From positions 88,171 through 152,170 of the forward strand of contig CACAMX010000001.1 in the NCBI GenBank assembly GCA_902533655.1: a stretch of 64,000 nucleotides of DNA, in the 5' to 3' direction. The stretch is from an uncultured Bacteroidota bacterium. Lineage in GTDB: Bacteria; Bacteroidota; Bacteroidia; Flavobacteriales; BACL11. The first letter of the stretch is position 1. The number at the start of each line of letters is the position of its first letter. This document shows, piece by piece, positions 39,801 through 48,273 of this stretch. The notes beneath the pieces are model-generated. The model was not told the origin of the DNA, did no database searches, and saw only the letters and a program-made list of their open reading frames with translations. Position numbers and translations under genes: made by a program.

Positions 39801-40170
39801 GGATATAATTATTACTTCTGAAAACAATTCAGGGCTTCCAGTTATTTCCAATACAAAGTTTACTGTGGCTCTTGACACTAAAATTAATGATGCTTTAAAA
39901 AATGAGGGGTTCTCAAGAGAGTTGGTTAATAGAATTCAGCTTTTAAGAAAAGAAAGGTCTCTTGATGTAACAGATAAAATTAATGTTAAAATTCAAGACG
40001 AGGATAACATACGAAATATCTTAAATAATAATTTAAATTATATTTGTAATGAAACACTTTGCGAAAAAATTAGTTTTTCAAAAAAAGTTGAGAATTATAG
40101 TAATTTAGATTTAACAGATAACATTTCAATCAAATTAAAAATTGAGTTAATAGATGTCAAAAAAAAATAA
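36820..40170 (+). CDS. ileS: isoleucine--tRNA ligase (type 2, long form)
   Basis: 1116 aa. PGIHHVMGR (HIGH) and KMSKRLGN (KMSKS). Confidence 0.97.
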   Translation: MYREYKNLDLQKIHKEELVEMDKLQVFSKSIEKNKANEKYIFYEGPPSANGLPGIHHVMGRTIKDVFCRFKSLKGYHVDRKAGWDTHGLPVELTVEKLLSITKEDIGEKISVKEYNEECRKNVLKYKKDWELLTKEMGYWVDMENPYITYENKYIESVWWLLKEFYKKDLLYKGFTIQPYSPKAGTGLSTHELNQPGCYKVVKDTSVTAQFKIVKNDLSNFLFENNEDVFLLAWTTTPWTLPSNTALAVGKKIDYLKIRTFNKYTEKQISVIIAEDLYKSYFTYDETNEEHSFIFNEKKPPYKILRKFKGVDLVGVKYNQLMNYDVPKNGNAFLVIAADFVTTEDGTGIVHIAPSFGSDDNHVAKLNKIGSLTLVDKYGKFKKVVTDFAGKYVKDSYYEEGESKNKLDVDAQISIKLKKENKAFLVQKYEHSYPHCWRTDKPILYYPLDSWFIKTTAFKKKMSKLNKTINWKPKSTGLGRFGNWLENLVDWNLSRSRYWGIPIPIWRSKDGKHEKCIGSIEELKQEINLSVSFKIMKNNPLNEFVVGDFSDKNYNVFDLHKPYVDDIVLCTDNGKTRLFRELDLIDVWFDSGAMPYAQLHYPFENDNYFKENFPADFIAEGVDQTRGWFFTLHAIATIIFDSVAFKNVISNGLVLDKEGNKMSKRLGNAINPFETIKLYGADATRWYMISNAQPWENLRFNTDGIEEVKRKFFGTLFNTYSFFSLYANIDNFKFTGSNFNIEKLDKLDKWILSELNTLILNCSKNFDAFEPTKACRDIQFFVVNKLSNWYVRLSRRKFWKGEYNESKISAYQTLYECLEKIAIISSPVIPFFSNRLFNDLNIVSKRHKIESVHLASFPNASLEIINKKLENQMAIAQEITSMILSLRKQEKIRVRQPLPRALVPVNDTVTHKNIMEVKTLIEEETNIKELKIIDEKSGFFVKKIKPNFKVLGPKYGEKISKVISIINQLDNKKIELLEKNKRLVTKENITLLAQDIIITSENNSGLPVISNTKFTVALDTKINDALKNEGFSRELVNRIQLLRKERSLDVTDKINVKIQDEDNIRNILNNNLNYICNETLCEKISFSKKVENYSNLDLTDNISIKLKIELIDVKKK

Positions 40171-40528
40171 ATACACGCAAAAAGAACTCCTTGAGTTTAA
40201 AAAAATTATTAATGAAAAAATCAGCAGAGCAGAAGCTGATTTAAAAACATTAAAATCTGCTTACTCCAATGACTCTGATAATGGCACTGAGGATACATCA
40301 CCAACTTTTAAAGCTTTTGAAGAAAGTTCTTCAACCTTGTCAAAAGAAGAAAACATGAAGCTTGCTGAAAGACAAGAAAAATTTATTCGTAATTTGAAAA
40401 ATGCATTAATCAGAATTGAAAACCAGACTTACGGCATTTGTCGTGTTACTGGCAATTTAATTTCCAAAGAAAGATTGATGCTAGTCCCTCACGCAACCTT
40501 AAGCATTGAGGCAAAAAAATCTCAGTAA
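40154..40528 (+). CDS. DksA/TraR-family regulator (Bacteroidetes type)
   Basis: 124 aa. YGICRVTGNLISKERLMLVPHATLSIEAK C-terminus. Sits in the conserved ileS-dksA-lspA position and overlaps ileS by 17 nt. Confidence 0.8.
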   Translation: MSKKNKYTQKELLEFKKIINEKISRAEADLKTLKSAYSNDSDNGTEDTSPTFKAFEESSSTLSKEENMKLAERQEKFIRNLKNALIRIENQTYGICRVTGNLISKERLMLVPHATLSIEAKKSQ

Positions 40529-41126
40529 AAACTACAAATTGAAGTTAATTTTTTTAACCGCTTTTTTCTCTGTCATTATCGATCAGTGTATTAAAATTTG
40601 GATTAAAACAAATATGTTTCTTGGCCAATACTTTGAAATATTTGATTGGTTTATTATTTATTTCACAGAAAACAATGGAATGGCCTTTGGTCTTGAACTT
40701 GGTGGAGAATTAGGCAAGTTAATTTTAACCCTAACAAGAATATTAATAGTTGTTTTTGCTGTTAGATACTTATTCAAAATAAACTTATCCAAGTACAAAA
40801 CACCAGTACTTGTTTGCTTTGGTCTTATTTTGGGGGGTGCAATTGGAAACATTATAGATTGCTTGTTTTATGGGATTGTGTTTAATGATAGTTATAATAA
40901 TATAGCTTCAATGTTTTCTGAAGAAGGGGGGTACTCCTCAATGTTTTTTGGAAAAGTTGTTGACATGTTTTACTTTCCTTTTTTTAGCGCTGAAATTCCA
41001 AGTTGGGTACCTTACTTTGGAGGCAATAATTTCACCTTTTTTAAACCTGTTTTTAACTTTGCAGATGCATGTATTTCTGTAGGTGCAATTAGCTTGATTT
41101 TATTTTTCAGAAAGGATCTAAATTAA
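40506..41126 (+). CDS. lspA: lipoprotein signal peptidase II
   Basis: IIDQCIKIW, ENNGMAFG, GGAIGNIIDC and FNFADACIS motifs. The start is uncertain: TTG at 40506 or TTG at 40539. Confidence 0.9.
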   Translation: MRQKNLSKNYKLKLIFLTAFFSVIIDQCIKIWIKTNMFLGQYFEIFDWFIIYFTENNGMAFGLELGGELGKLILTLTRILIVVFAVRYLFKINLSKYKTPVLVCFGLILGGAIGNIIDCLFYGIVFNDSYNNIASMFSEEGGYSSMFFGKVVDMFYFPFFSAEIPSWVPYFGGNNFTFFKPVFNFADACISVGAISLILFFRKDLN

Positions 41127-41893
41127 TTACTTCTTTGGATTTTTCCATATACGCTGCTTTCAACGCTTTTCCTTTTAATTTTTGACCTAAAGGGGTAAAT
41201 GATTTTTTTTAAATAATTTATTAATCTATAAGCAAATTTTGTGTGTAATCTAATCTTTTTTCCACCCCAACCTTTTGGCATTTGATAGCCAAAATCTTTC
41301 ATGTATGGGGCAAAAACCTGTATCGCTCTATCTTTTATATCATCATTATAATAATAATCAAAATCATGCCTACCTTTTGTTTGATTGATTTTATGTATTT
41401 TGTGATTAGCAGCCACACCCAAATCATTTAAAAGCACATTGTAGTCATTTTCTAAATTTTCAAAAGAAATTATACGATCATAATCATTTTTTGAAATAGA
41501 TAATAAGCTTGTATAAGGCAACCAATAAAATTTCTTAAAATACTCTTGAAAACTAGCATTGTTTTTTCTTATAAATAGATAATGCTTTCTTTGTCTTTTA
41601 GAAATATGACCGCCATTTTTTTCTAACAAGTTTAAGTTTGTAAAATTTCCTTTTGAATCGTTTTTCATTTTCTCATAGATAGAAATTACTATATCCATTG
41701 GGTTTCTTTTTACTGCAAACACATAATAATCTTTTTCTGTCTTGCTAGCAATTTCATCAAACTCAGAATAAAGAGAATGTTTTCTCAGTATGGCTTTTCC
41801 ACCATAGTTTTTATGTAAATCTTTACTTATTGATGTTGATGCGGAGTACGGAATTCCAATAAACAATAATTTCAATTTATGTACTAAAATCAC
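41123..41893 (-). CDS. sulfotransferase-family protein
   Basis: A 5'-PSB-like loop (IGIPYSASTSI) and a 3'-PB motif (VKRNPMDIVIS). It overlaps the asd stop by 4 nt. Confidence 0.65.
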   Translation of the reverse strand: MILVHKLKLLFIGIPYSASTSISKDLHKNYGGKAILRKHSLYSEFDEIASKTEKDYYVFAVKRNPMDIVISIYEKMKNDSKGNFTNLNLLEKNGGHISKRQRKHYLFIRKNNASFQEYFKKFYWLPYTSLLSISKNDYDRIISFENLENDYNVLLNDLGVAANHKIHKINQTKGRHDFDYYYNDDIKDRAIQVFAPYMKDFGYQMPKGWGGKKIRLHTKFAYRLINYLKKIIYPFRSKIKRKSVESSVYGKIQRSN

Positions 41894-42885
41894 TTATTAA
41901 TAATTTTTTCTAAAATTTGGATAGCATTTGTTGCCGCACCCTTTCTTAAATTATCTGAAACAACCCACAGATTAAAACAATTATTTTTTGAAAAGTCCCT
42001 TCTCACTCTGCCTACATAAACTAAATCAGAGCCAGTTGCTTCGTGTGGTGTTGAATAATAATTATTTGCCTTACCCATATACTGAACTCCGTTTGTTTGT
42101 TTTAACACCTCTATTAATTCTTCAGTTGTGGTATTATTGACTAGTTCTATATTGACACTCTCTGAGTGGGAGTTCTCTATTGGTACTCTCACGGCAGTTG
42201 CTGTGATTCTTATTTTCGAGTTAAGTATCTTGTTTGTTTCATTAATTATTTTGTGCTCCTCTTTAGTATATTGATCTTCATCAAAGATATCACATTGAGG
42301 GATTATATTATTGAAAATTTGTCTTTCATATACTTTTTTTGTGCTGATAGATTTTGATTCATTATGTAGTTGGTTTATTGCCTTTTTTCCGCTTCCAGAA
42401 ACAGCTTGGTATGTAGACACTATCATTCTTTTAATTTTAAACTTCTTATGTATTTCTGAAATTGCAATAACAAGTTGAATGGTTGAGCAGTTTGGATTCG
42501 CAATAATCATGTCTGAGCTACTTACTGTGTTTGAGCTTAGATTTAGATCATTAAAATTAATCTCAGGAACTATCAATTTATGCTTGTGACGCATTCTCCA
42601 ATATGATGAGTTGTCAATTACTCGACAACCTATTTCCGCTAACTGTGGTGCCCACTCTGTGGAAACTTTAGAGCCTGCTGAGAAAAGAGCTATTTCAGGT
42701 TTTTTGTCAATAAGATCATTAATGCTTATAATCTTATATTCTTTGTTTTTAAATAATATTCTTTTACCTGTAGATTTTTCGGAAGCAACAGGAAAAAGCG
42801 CTTCAACTTTAATGTCTTTTTTCTCTAAAATCTCCAGCATTTTTCTTCCAACAAGGCCTGTTACCCCAACAATTGCTAATTTCAT
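41890..42885 (-). CDS. asd: aspartate-semialdehyde dehydrogenase
   Basis: MKLAIVGVTGLVGRKM NAD fold and NPNCSTIQL active-site Cys. A TATTTTTG box (minus strand) lies at 42903-42910. Confidence 0.93.
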   Translation of the reverse strand: MKLAIVGVTGLVGRKMLEILEKKDIKVEALFPVASEKSTGKRILFKNKEYKIISINDLIDKKPEIALFSAGSKVSTEWAPQLAEIGCRVIDNSSYWRMRHKHKLIVPEINFNDLNLSSNTVSSSDMIIANPNCSTIQLVIAISEIHKKFKIKRMIVSTYQAVSGSGKKAINQLHNESKSISTKKVYERQIFNNIIPQCDIFDEDQYTKEEHKIINETNKILNSKIRITATAVRVPIENSHSESVNIELVNNTTTEELIEVLKQTNGVQYMGKANNYYSTPHEATGSDLVYVGRVRRDFSKNNCFNLWVVSDNLRKGAATNAIQILEKIINK

Positions 42886-42948
42886 ATTTTTGAATCTATA
42901 AACAAAAATAGCATTTAGTTACTAAATTTAAACAACCCATTCAACATA

Positions 42949-44703
42949 GTGAGCGTTAAAAAAGAAGAAATTATTAAAAAACTTCCTCAAAAGATTGGGG
43001 TATATAAGTTTTTAGATTCTACAGATAAGATTATTTATGTTGGTAAGGCAAAAAACCTTAAAAAAAGAGTTGGGTCTTATTTCAGCAAAAAAACAAGTGG
43101 AAAAACATTAAGATTAGTAAATAAAATTGATGACGTTAAGTACATTTTAGTTCAAAATGAACTTGATGCTTTACTGCTTGAGAATAATTTAATTAAAAAA
43201 CATCAGCCAAAATACAATGTGTTAATGAAGGACGATAAGTCATATCCTTGGATAAAAATAACTAAAGAAAATTTTCCCAAAATTTTCTTTACAAGAAAAG
43301 TTGTGAATGATGGTTCTGATTATTTTGGGCCATATAAATCAACTTATGTAATAAATGTACTCATTGACCTTTTTTATGATATGTTTTATGATAATGGGTG
43401 GACTCCTATCACATTATTAAAAAACAAAGTAAATTCACAAAAAAATGAAAAATATCAAGAAATAATAAAGAAGATAAAATCCATTTTAAAAGGAAATTTA
43501 AAAATTCTAATAAATCAATTAAGCATAAAAATGGAAAAACAATCAGAACTTTTAAATTTTGAAGAAGCAAAAAAAATTAAATCTAAGATTGATTTATTAA
43601 AAGACTATAGATCAAAATCAATTATAGTTAGCTCTAAGATTAGCAACGTGGATGTTTTTTCCCTTGTCTCTAACAGTCTTACTGCAGTAGTAAATTATCT
43701 CTCTATCATAAATGGTTCAATCGTTTTGTCTCATATTATGGAGTTTAAAAAAAGACTCTCTGAAAAAGATGAAGAAATTATGAGGCTTGCTATAATTCGT
43801 TCAAGAGAAGTTTTTAATAGTAAATCAAAAACCATATACAGTAACATTAAAATTAGTGAGATATATGAAAATGTCAACATTTTTTATCCAAAAATTGGCG
43901 ATAAAAAAAAGTTGCTGATACTATCTGAAAGAAATGCAAAATATAATCTACTTGAAATTGAAAGAAAAAAACTTAAAGAGAATGAAAGGTCAAAAACCAA
44001 ACCCTCATTAATTTTTTTGATGAAAGACCTTAAGTTAAAAACCATTCCTAATCACATTGAGTGTTTTGACAATTCTAATATTCAAGGCTCCTTACCTACT
44101 TCGTCATGTGTTGTTTTTAAAAAAGGGCTTCCATCTAAGAAAGACTATAGAATTTTTAAAATTAAAACAGTAACAAAAGCTGATGACTTTGCTAGTATGA
44201 GAGAGGTTGTTTTTCGAAGATATAAAAGAGTGTTAGATGAAAAGGGAGCCCTTCCTGATTTAATTGTTATTGATGGTGGGAAAGGTCAATTAAGCTCGGC
44301 TAAAGAAAGCTTGAAAAGATTGGGGCTTTTTGGAAAAATTGCTATAATAGGCATTGCTAAAAAGCTAGAAAGCATTTATTTTCCCAATGACAAGATTCCG
44401 TTATTCATAGATAAAAAATCGCCAAGCTTAAAATTAATTCAAACAATTAGAAATGAAGCACACAGGTTTGCTATCAATTATCATAAAAAAAGGAGACTAA
44501 AAAGTGCTCTTTCAAGCGCTCTAACTGATATTGATGGTATAGGTGAAAAAACCGCTGAATTATTAATTAAGAAGATTGGATCTGTGAGAAGAATATATGA
44601 AACTGATTTAGATGTTTTATCATCAATTATTGGTGAGAAGAAAGCGAGTTTGGTTTTAACTGGTCTGACCTCTGTATTTGAGAATACCACCAGAGAGATT
44701 TAA
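42949..44703 (+). CDS. uvrC: excinuclease ABC subunit C
   Basis: GTG start. GIY-YIG motif (GVYKFLD..IIYVGKAKNLKKR), an endonuclease domain, and a C-terminal HhH (IDGIGEKTAELL). Confidence 0.93.
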   Translation: MSVKKEEIIKKLPQKIGVYKFLDSTDKIIYVGKAKNLKKRVGSYFSKKTSGKTLRLVNKIDDVKYILVQNELDALLLENNLIKKHQPKYNVLMKDDKSYPWIKITKENFPKIFFTRKVVNDGSDYFGPYKSTYVINVLIDLFYDMFYDNGWTPITLLKNKVNSQKNEKYQEIIKKIKSILKGNLKILINQLSIKMEKQSELLNFEEAKKIKSKIDLLKDYRSKSIIVSSKISNVDVFSLVSNSLTAVVNYLSIINGSIVLSHIMEFKKRLSEKDEEIMRLAIIRSREVFNSKSKTIYSNIKISEIYENVNIFYPKIGDKKKLLILSERNAKYNLLEIERKKLKENERSKTKPSLIFLMKDLKLKTIPNHIECFDNSNIQGSLPTSSCVVFKKGLPSKKDYRIFKIKTVTKADDFASMREVVFRRYKRVLDEKGALPDLIVIDGGKGQLSSAKESLKRLGLFGKIAIIGIAKKLESIYFPNDKIPLFIDKKSPSLKLIQTIRNEAHRFAINYHKKRRLKSALSSALTDIDGIGEKTAELLIKKIGSVRRIYETDLDVLSSIIGEKKASLVLTGLTSVFENTTREI

Positions 44704-45000
44704 AACCTTTTCAAAACCCACCCTTCTTAAAAACATTTGAGCTTGAGCAGATCTTCCTCCAGATTTGCATTGAGCAATAATTAGCTTCTGCTTGAAATTT
44801 TCTAATTCATCAACTTTATTAGACAATTCTGACATTGGGACTAATTTATCAACGCCAATAATATGTTGATTATTAAACTCATATTCTTCTCTTACATCAA
44901 TCAAGACAAAATCTAACTGGTTCTTTTTTCTTAATTCAATCATTTGCTCTAACTCAGAGCCGTCAATTTTATCTTTTTTTAACAGACTTTCAATTTTCAT
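44656..45000 (-). CDS. rhodanese-domain protein
   Basis: 114 aa. AQCKSGGRSAQA active-site loop and LSGGILKY. It has a 48-nt convergent overlap with uvrC and an 11-nt overlap with lysS. Confidence 0.85.
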   Translation of the reverse strand: MKIESLLKKDKIDGSELEQMIELRKKNQLDFVLIDVREEYEFNNQHIIGVDKLVPMSELSNKVDELENFKQKLIIAQCKSGGRSAQAQMFLRRVGFEKVLNLSGGILKYRGQTS

Positions 45001-46507
45001 TATTTTGTTTTTTCATTTGCGGGAAAAATAAAACATCTTGTATTGATTTGCTACCAGTCATCAACATAGCTAGCCGGTCTATTCCTATTCCTAAGCCTGC
45101 TGTAGGAGGCATTCCGTGCTCTAAAGCTCTAATATAATCCATATCTAACATCATCGACTCTTCATCGCCCTTTTTTCCTAATTCGACTTGTTTTTCAAAT
45201 CTTAGTTTTTGGTCAATTGGATCATTAAGCTCTGAAAAGGCATTACACAATTCTTTTCCATTAACTATTGCTTCAAAACGCTCTACTAAACCGTTTTTTG
45301 ATCTATGTTTTTTTGCTAATGGAGACATTTCAATTGGGTAGTCAGTAACAAATGTAGGTTGAACAATATTCTTCTCACATTTTTCACCAAAAATAGCATC
45401 AATTAACTTGCCCTTACCCATGCTTGAATCTATCTTTATTTTTAGTTTACTACATAAGTTTTTTAAATCCTCCTCTCCCATATTTGATATGTCAACACCT
45501 ATATTTTCTTTTATGATTTCAAACATAGGTAACCTCTTCCATGGAGATTTGAAGTCAATTTCTTTGTTGTCATAAGATACTTTGGTTGTTCCGTGTAAAT
45601 CTAGTGCTATATTCTCTACCATTTTTTCAACCAAACACATCATCCAATCATAATCCTTATAAGCAACATATAACTCCATCTGCGTAAACTCTGGGTTATG
45701 AAAACGACTCATCCCTTCATTTCTAAAGTCTTTTGAAAACTCATAAACCCCTTCAAAGCCTCCAACAATTAATCTTTTCAAGTACAGTTCATTTGCTATT
45801 CTCAAATATAGCTTCATGTCTAACTTATTGTGATGAGTTACAAAAGGTTTGGCACTTGCTCCCCCGTAAATAGGTTGTAAAATAGGTGTTTCAACCTCCA
45901 AATACCCCTTTTTATTTAAAAACGAGCGCATTGAGTTTGTTAGCTTAGTTCGCAAAATAAATGTTTCCTTGACTTCTGGGTTAACAATTAAATCAACATA
46001 TCTTTGCCTGTACCTAGATTCTGGATCAGAAAAAGAATCATATTCCTTTCCTTCACTATCGACTTTAGGAAGCGGTAGGGGTCTTAGAGATTTTGAGAGA
46101 ATTGTTAACTCTCTAACATTCACTGAAACCTCTCCTAGCTTTGTCTTAAACACATTTCCTTTAACAAAAATTATATCACCAATGTCAATGAGCTTTTTAA
46201 AGACCTTGTTATATAACGATTTATCTTCACCTTTACAAATCTCATCTCTGTTTAAATAAAGCTGTATTCTTCCACAATCATCTTGTATTTCAGCAAAAGA
46301 GGCTTTACCCATAATTCTACGCCTCATCAATCTTCCAGCTATTTTTACTATTCTTTCTTCACTGCTTTCATCATAATTATCCTTAATATCTGAGCTATTT
46401 GAATCTATATCAACAAGCTCCGAAGGATATGGGTTAATACCAATTTCTAAAAGTCTATTTAAAGATTTTTTTCGTTGGTCAACTTGACTTAGGTTTTGAT
46501 TTTGCAT
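44990..46507 (-). CDS. lysS: lysine--tRNA ligase (class II)
   Basis: 505 aa, with class II motifs FRNEG, ELCNAFSELNDP and GLGIGIDRL. Confidence 0.96.
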   Translation of the reverse strand: MQNQNLSQVDQRKKSLNRLLEIGINPYPSELVDIDSNSSDIKDNYDESSEERIVKIAGRLMRRRIMGKASFAEIQDDCGRIQLYLNRDEICKGEDKSLYNKVFKKLIDIGDIIFVKGNVFKTKLGEVSVNVRELTILSKSLRPLPLPKVDSEGKEYDSFSDPESRYRQRYVDLIVNPEVKETFILRTKLTNSMRSFLNKKGYLEVETPILQPIYGGASAKPFVTHHNKLDMKLYLRIANELYLKRLIVGGFEGVYEFSKDFRNEGMSRFHNPEFTQMELYVAYKDYDWMMCLVEKMVENIALDLHGTTKVSYDNKEIDFKSPWKRLPMFEIIKENIGVDISNMGEEDLKNLCSKLKIKIDSSMGKGKLIDAIFGEKCEKNIVQPTFVTDYPIEMSPLAKKHRSKNGLVERFEAIVNGKELCNAFSELNDPIDQKLRFEKQVELGKKGDEESMMLDMDYIRALEHGMPPTAGLGIGIDRLAMLMTGSKSIQDVLFFPQMKKQNNEN

Positions 46508-46514
46508 TACTAAA

Positions 46515-46522
46515 CAAAGATA
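46515..46522 (-). promoter_or_regulatory. -7 box TATCTTTG (minus strand), 7 nt upstream of the lysS ATG
   Basis: The plus strand reads caaagata, an exact TAnnTTTG on the minus strand. Confidence 0.3.
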
Positions 46523-46557
46523 TGAATTCTTGTATTAAGAATTGTTATTTTTACAAT

Positions 46558-47541
46558 ATGAAAGATTACATAATAAAGTTTACAGATCAGATTGAAGAGG
46601 CTATTAAAATTGGCAACAATTTTGATTTTAATGATAAGTTTGAATACAAAAATGTTGTAATATGTGGTTTAGGTGGTTCTGGAATTGGAGGCAGCATTTT
46701 AAAAGACATTGTAAAAGATAAGCTTAAAATACCCGTTGAACTAGTTAAAGACTACAACATCCCAAATTACGTTAGTATGAAAACTCTGGTGATTTGCTCA
46801 TCTTACTCGGGAAACACTGAGGAGACAATTTCTGCGATGAAAAAATGCCATGAAAGAGAGGCAAAAATTTTTACAATATCCTCTGAAGGTTTTGTCGAAA
46901 AGTTTTCTGCTGAAAACAATATTCCTCATATAAAAATTCCATCAGGCTCGCCCCCTAGAGCAATGTTTGCTTATTCATTTATTCAACTGTTTTTTATACT
47001 TTATAAAAATCACCTAATATCAAATGAGTTTTTGAAAAACTTAGACCAAACAATTGCAAGCCTTAAAAAAAACAGTGAGAATATCATTTCTACTGCTAGT
47101 TCAGCTGCACATAAAATACACAAAACAACAGCTATTATTTATTGTTGTGATGGATATGAGGGTTTAGCTATTAGATTTAGACAGCAACTTAATGAAAATT
47201 CTAAGATGTTATGCTGGCATGCTGTTATACCTGAGATGAATCATAATGAAATTTTAGGGTGGCGAACAAACACTGATGATTTATCCGTAATATTTCTTCA
47301 AAATGATGATGATTTTTACAGGAACAAACTTAGGGCCAGTATCAACAAGAAGATCATACAAAAATATAATCCTAAAATAATTGAAGTCAATAGTTTTGGT
47401 AACTCGAAACTCGAAAAAACCCTTTATCTTGTTCACCTCACAGATTGGATTTCTTGGTTTTTGTCTGAACTAAACAATGTTGATTCTATTGAGATTGATG
47501 TAATTAATTACTTAAAAAGTGAACTCTCAAAAATTAATTAA
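46558..47541 (+). CDS. bifunctional phosphoglucose/phosphomannose isomerase (SIS domain)
   Basis: GLGGSGIGG and SYSGNTEET SIS motifs. I prefer the ATG at 46558 to the one at 46522, which would leave only 14 nt to divergent lysS. Confidence 0.8.
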   Translation: MKDYIIKFTDQIEEAIKIGNNFDFNDKFEYKNVVICGLGGSGIGGSILKDIVKDKLKIPVELVKDYNIPNYVSMKTLVICSSYSGNTEETISAMKKCHEREAKIFTISSEGFVEKFSAENNIPHIKIPSGSPPRAMFAYSFIQLFFILYKNHLISNEFLKNLDQTIASLKKNSENIISTASSAAHKIHKTTAIIYCCDGYEGLAIRFRQQLNENSKMLCWHAVIPEMNHNEILGWRTNTDDLSVIFLQNDDDFYRNKLRASINKKIIQKYNPKIIEVNSFGNSKLEKTLYLVHLTDWISWFLSELNNVDSIEIDVINYLKSELSKIN

Positions 47542-48235
47542 CAAATCCGTTTCTCTTCATGATGTTTCAACGATTGAATATGTTAAAGGCGTAGAATATC
47601 AAAAAAGCCTATTTGATGAAATTATTAGTGTAAAATCGAAAAACAGAAAAAACCAAACCTCTGTACCTACAAAAAATTATTTTATTTTTTGTGAACACAA
47701 TCATGTATATACTTTGGGTAAAAATGGAAATAATAAAAACTTTCTAGCTGACATTAAAACACAAAAAAAAATTGGAGCTTCTTTCCATTTAACGAACAGG
47801 GGTGGGGATATCACATATCATGGTCCTGAACAAATTGTTGGATACCCCATAATTGATCTTGAAAATTTTTTTACTGACCTTGGAAAATACATGAGAGGAA
47901 TAGAGGAGGTTATAATAAAAACCTTAAATGAGTTTTCTATTAAAGCAGAAAGATCTGCAGGAGAGACAGGGGTTTGGATAGATACAAAAAATAATCCAAG
48001 AAAAATATGCGCAATAGGTGTAAAAACCAGTCGATGGGTTACTATGCACGGATTCGCACTAAACGTAAATAACGATCTTTCATATTTTGATCATATCGTG
48101 CCTTGTGGTATTTCTAACAAAAAGGTCACTAGCATGAAAAATGAACTTAATGTTGATATTGACAAAAGTGAAGTAAAAAGAATTATTATTAAAAATTTCA
48201 CTAAAATATTTGGAATGAAATTTATAGTGACTTAG
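47519..48235 (+). CDS. lipB: lipoyl(octanoyl) transferase
   Basis: RGGDITYHGPEQ, KICAIGV and PCGI motifs. GTG start overlapping the previous gene. Confidence 0.9.
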   Translation: MNSQKLINKSVSLHDVSTIEYVKGVEYQKSLFDEIISVKSKNRKNQTSVPTKNYFIFCEHNHVYTLGKNGNNKNFLADIKTQKKIGASFHLTNRGGDITYHGPEQIVGYPIIDLENFFTDLGKYMRGIEEVIIKTLNEFSIKAERSAGETGVWIDTKNNPRKICAIGVKTSRWVTMHGFALNVNNDLSYFDHIVPCGISNKKVTSMKNELNVDIDKSEVKRIIIKNFTKIFGMKFIVT

Positions 48236-48273
48236 TTGGTACTATTACTTAAAATTATTTTCTTTGAAAATAT

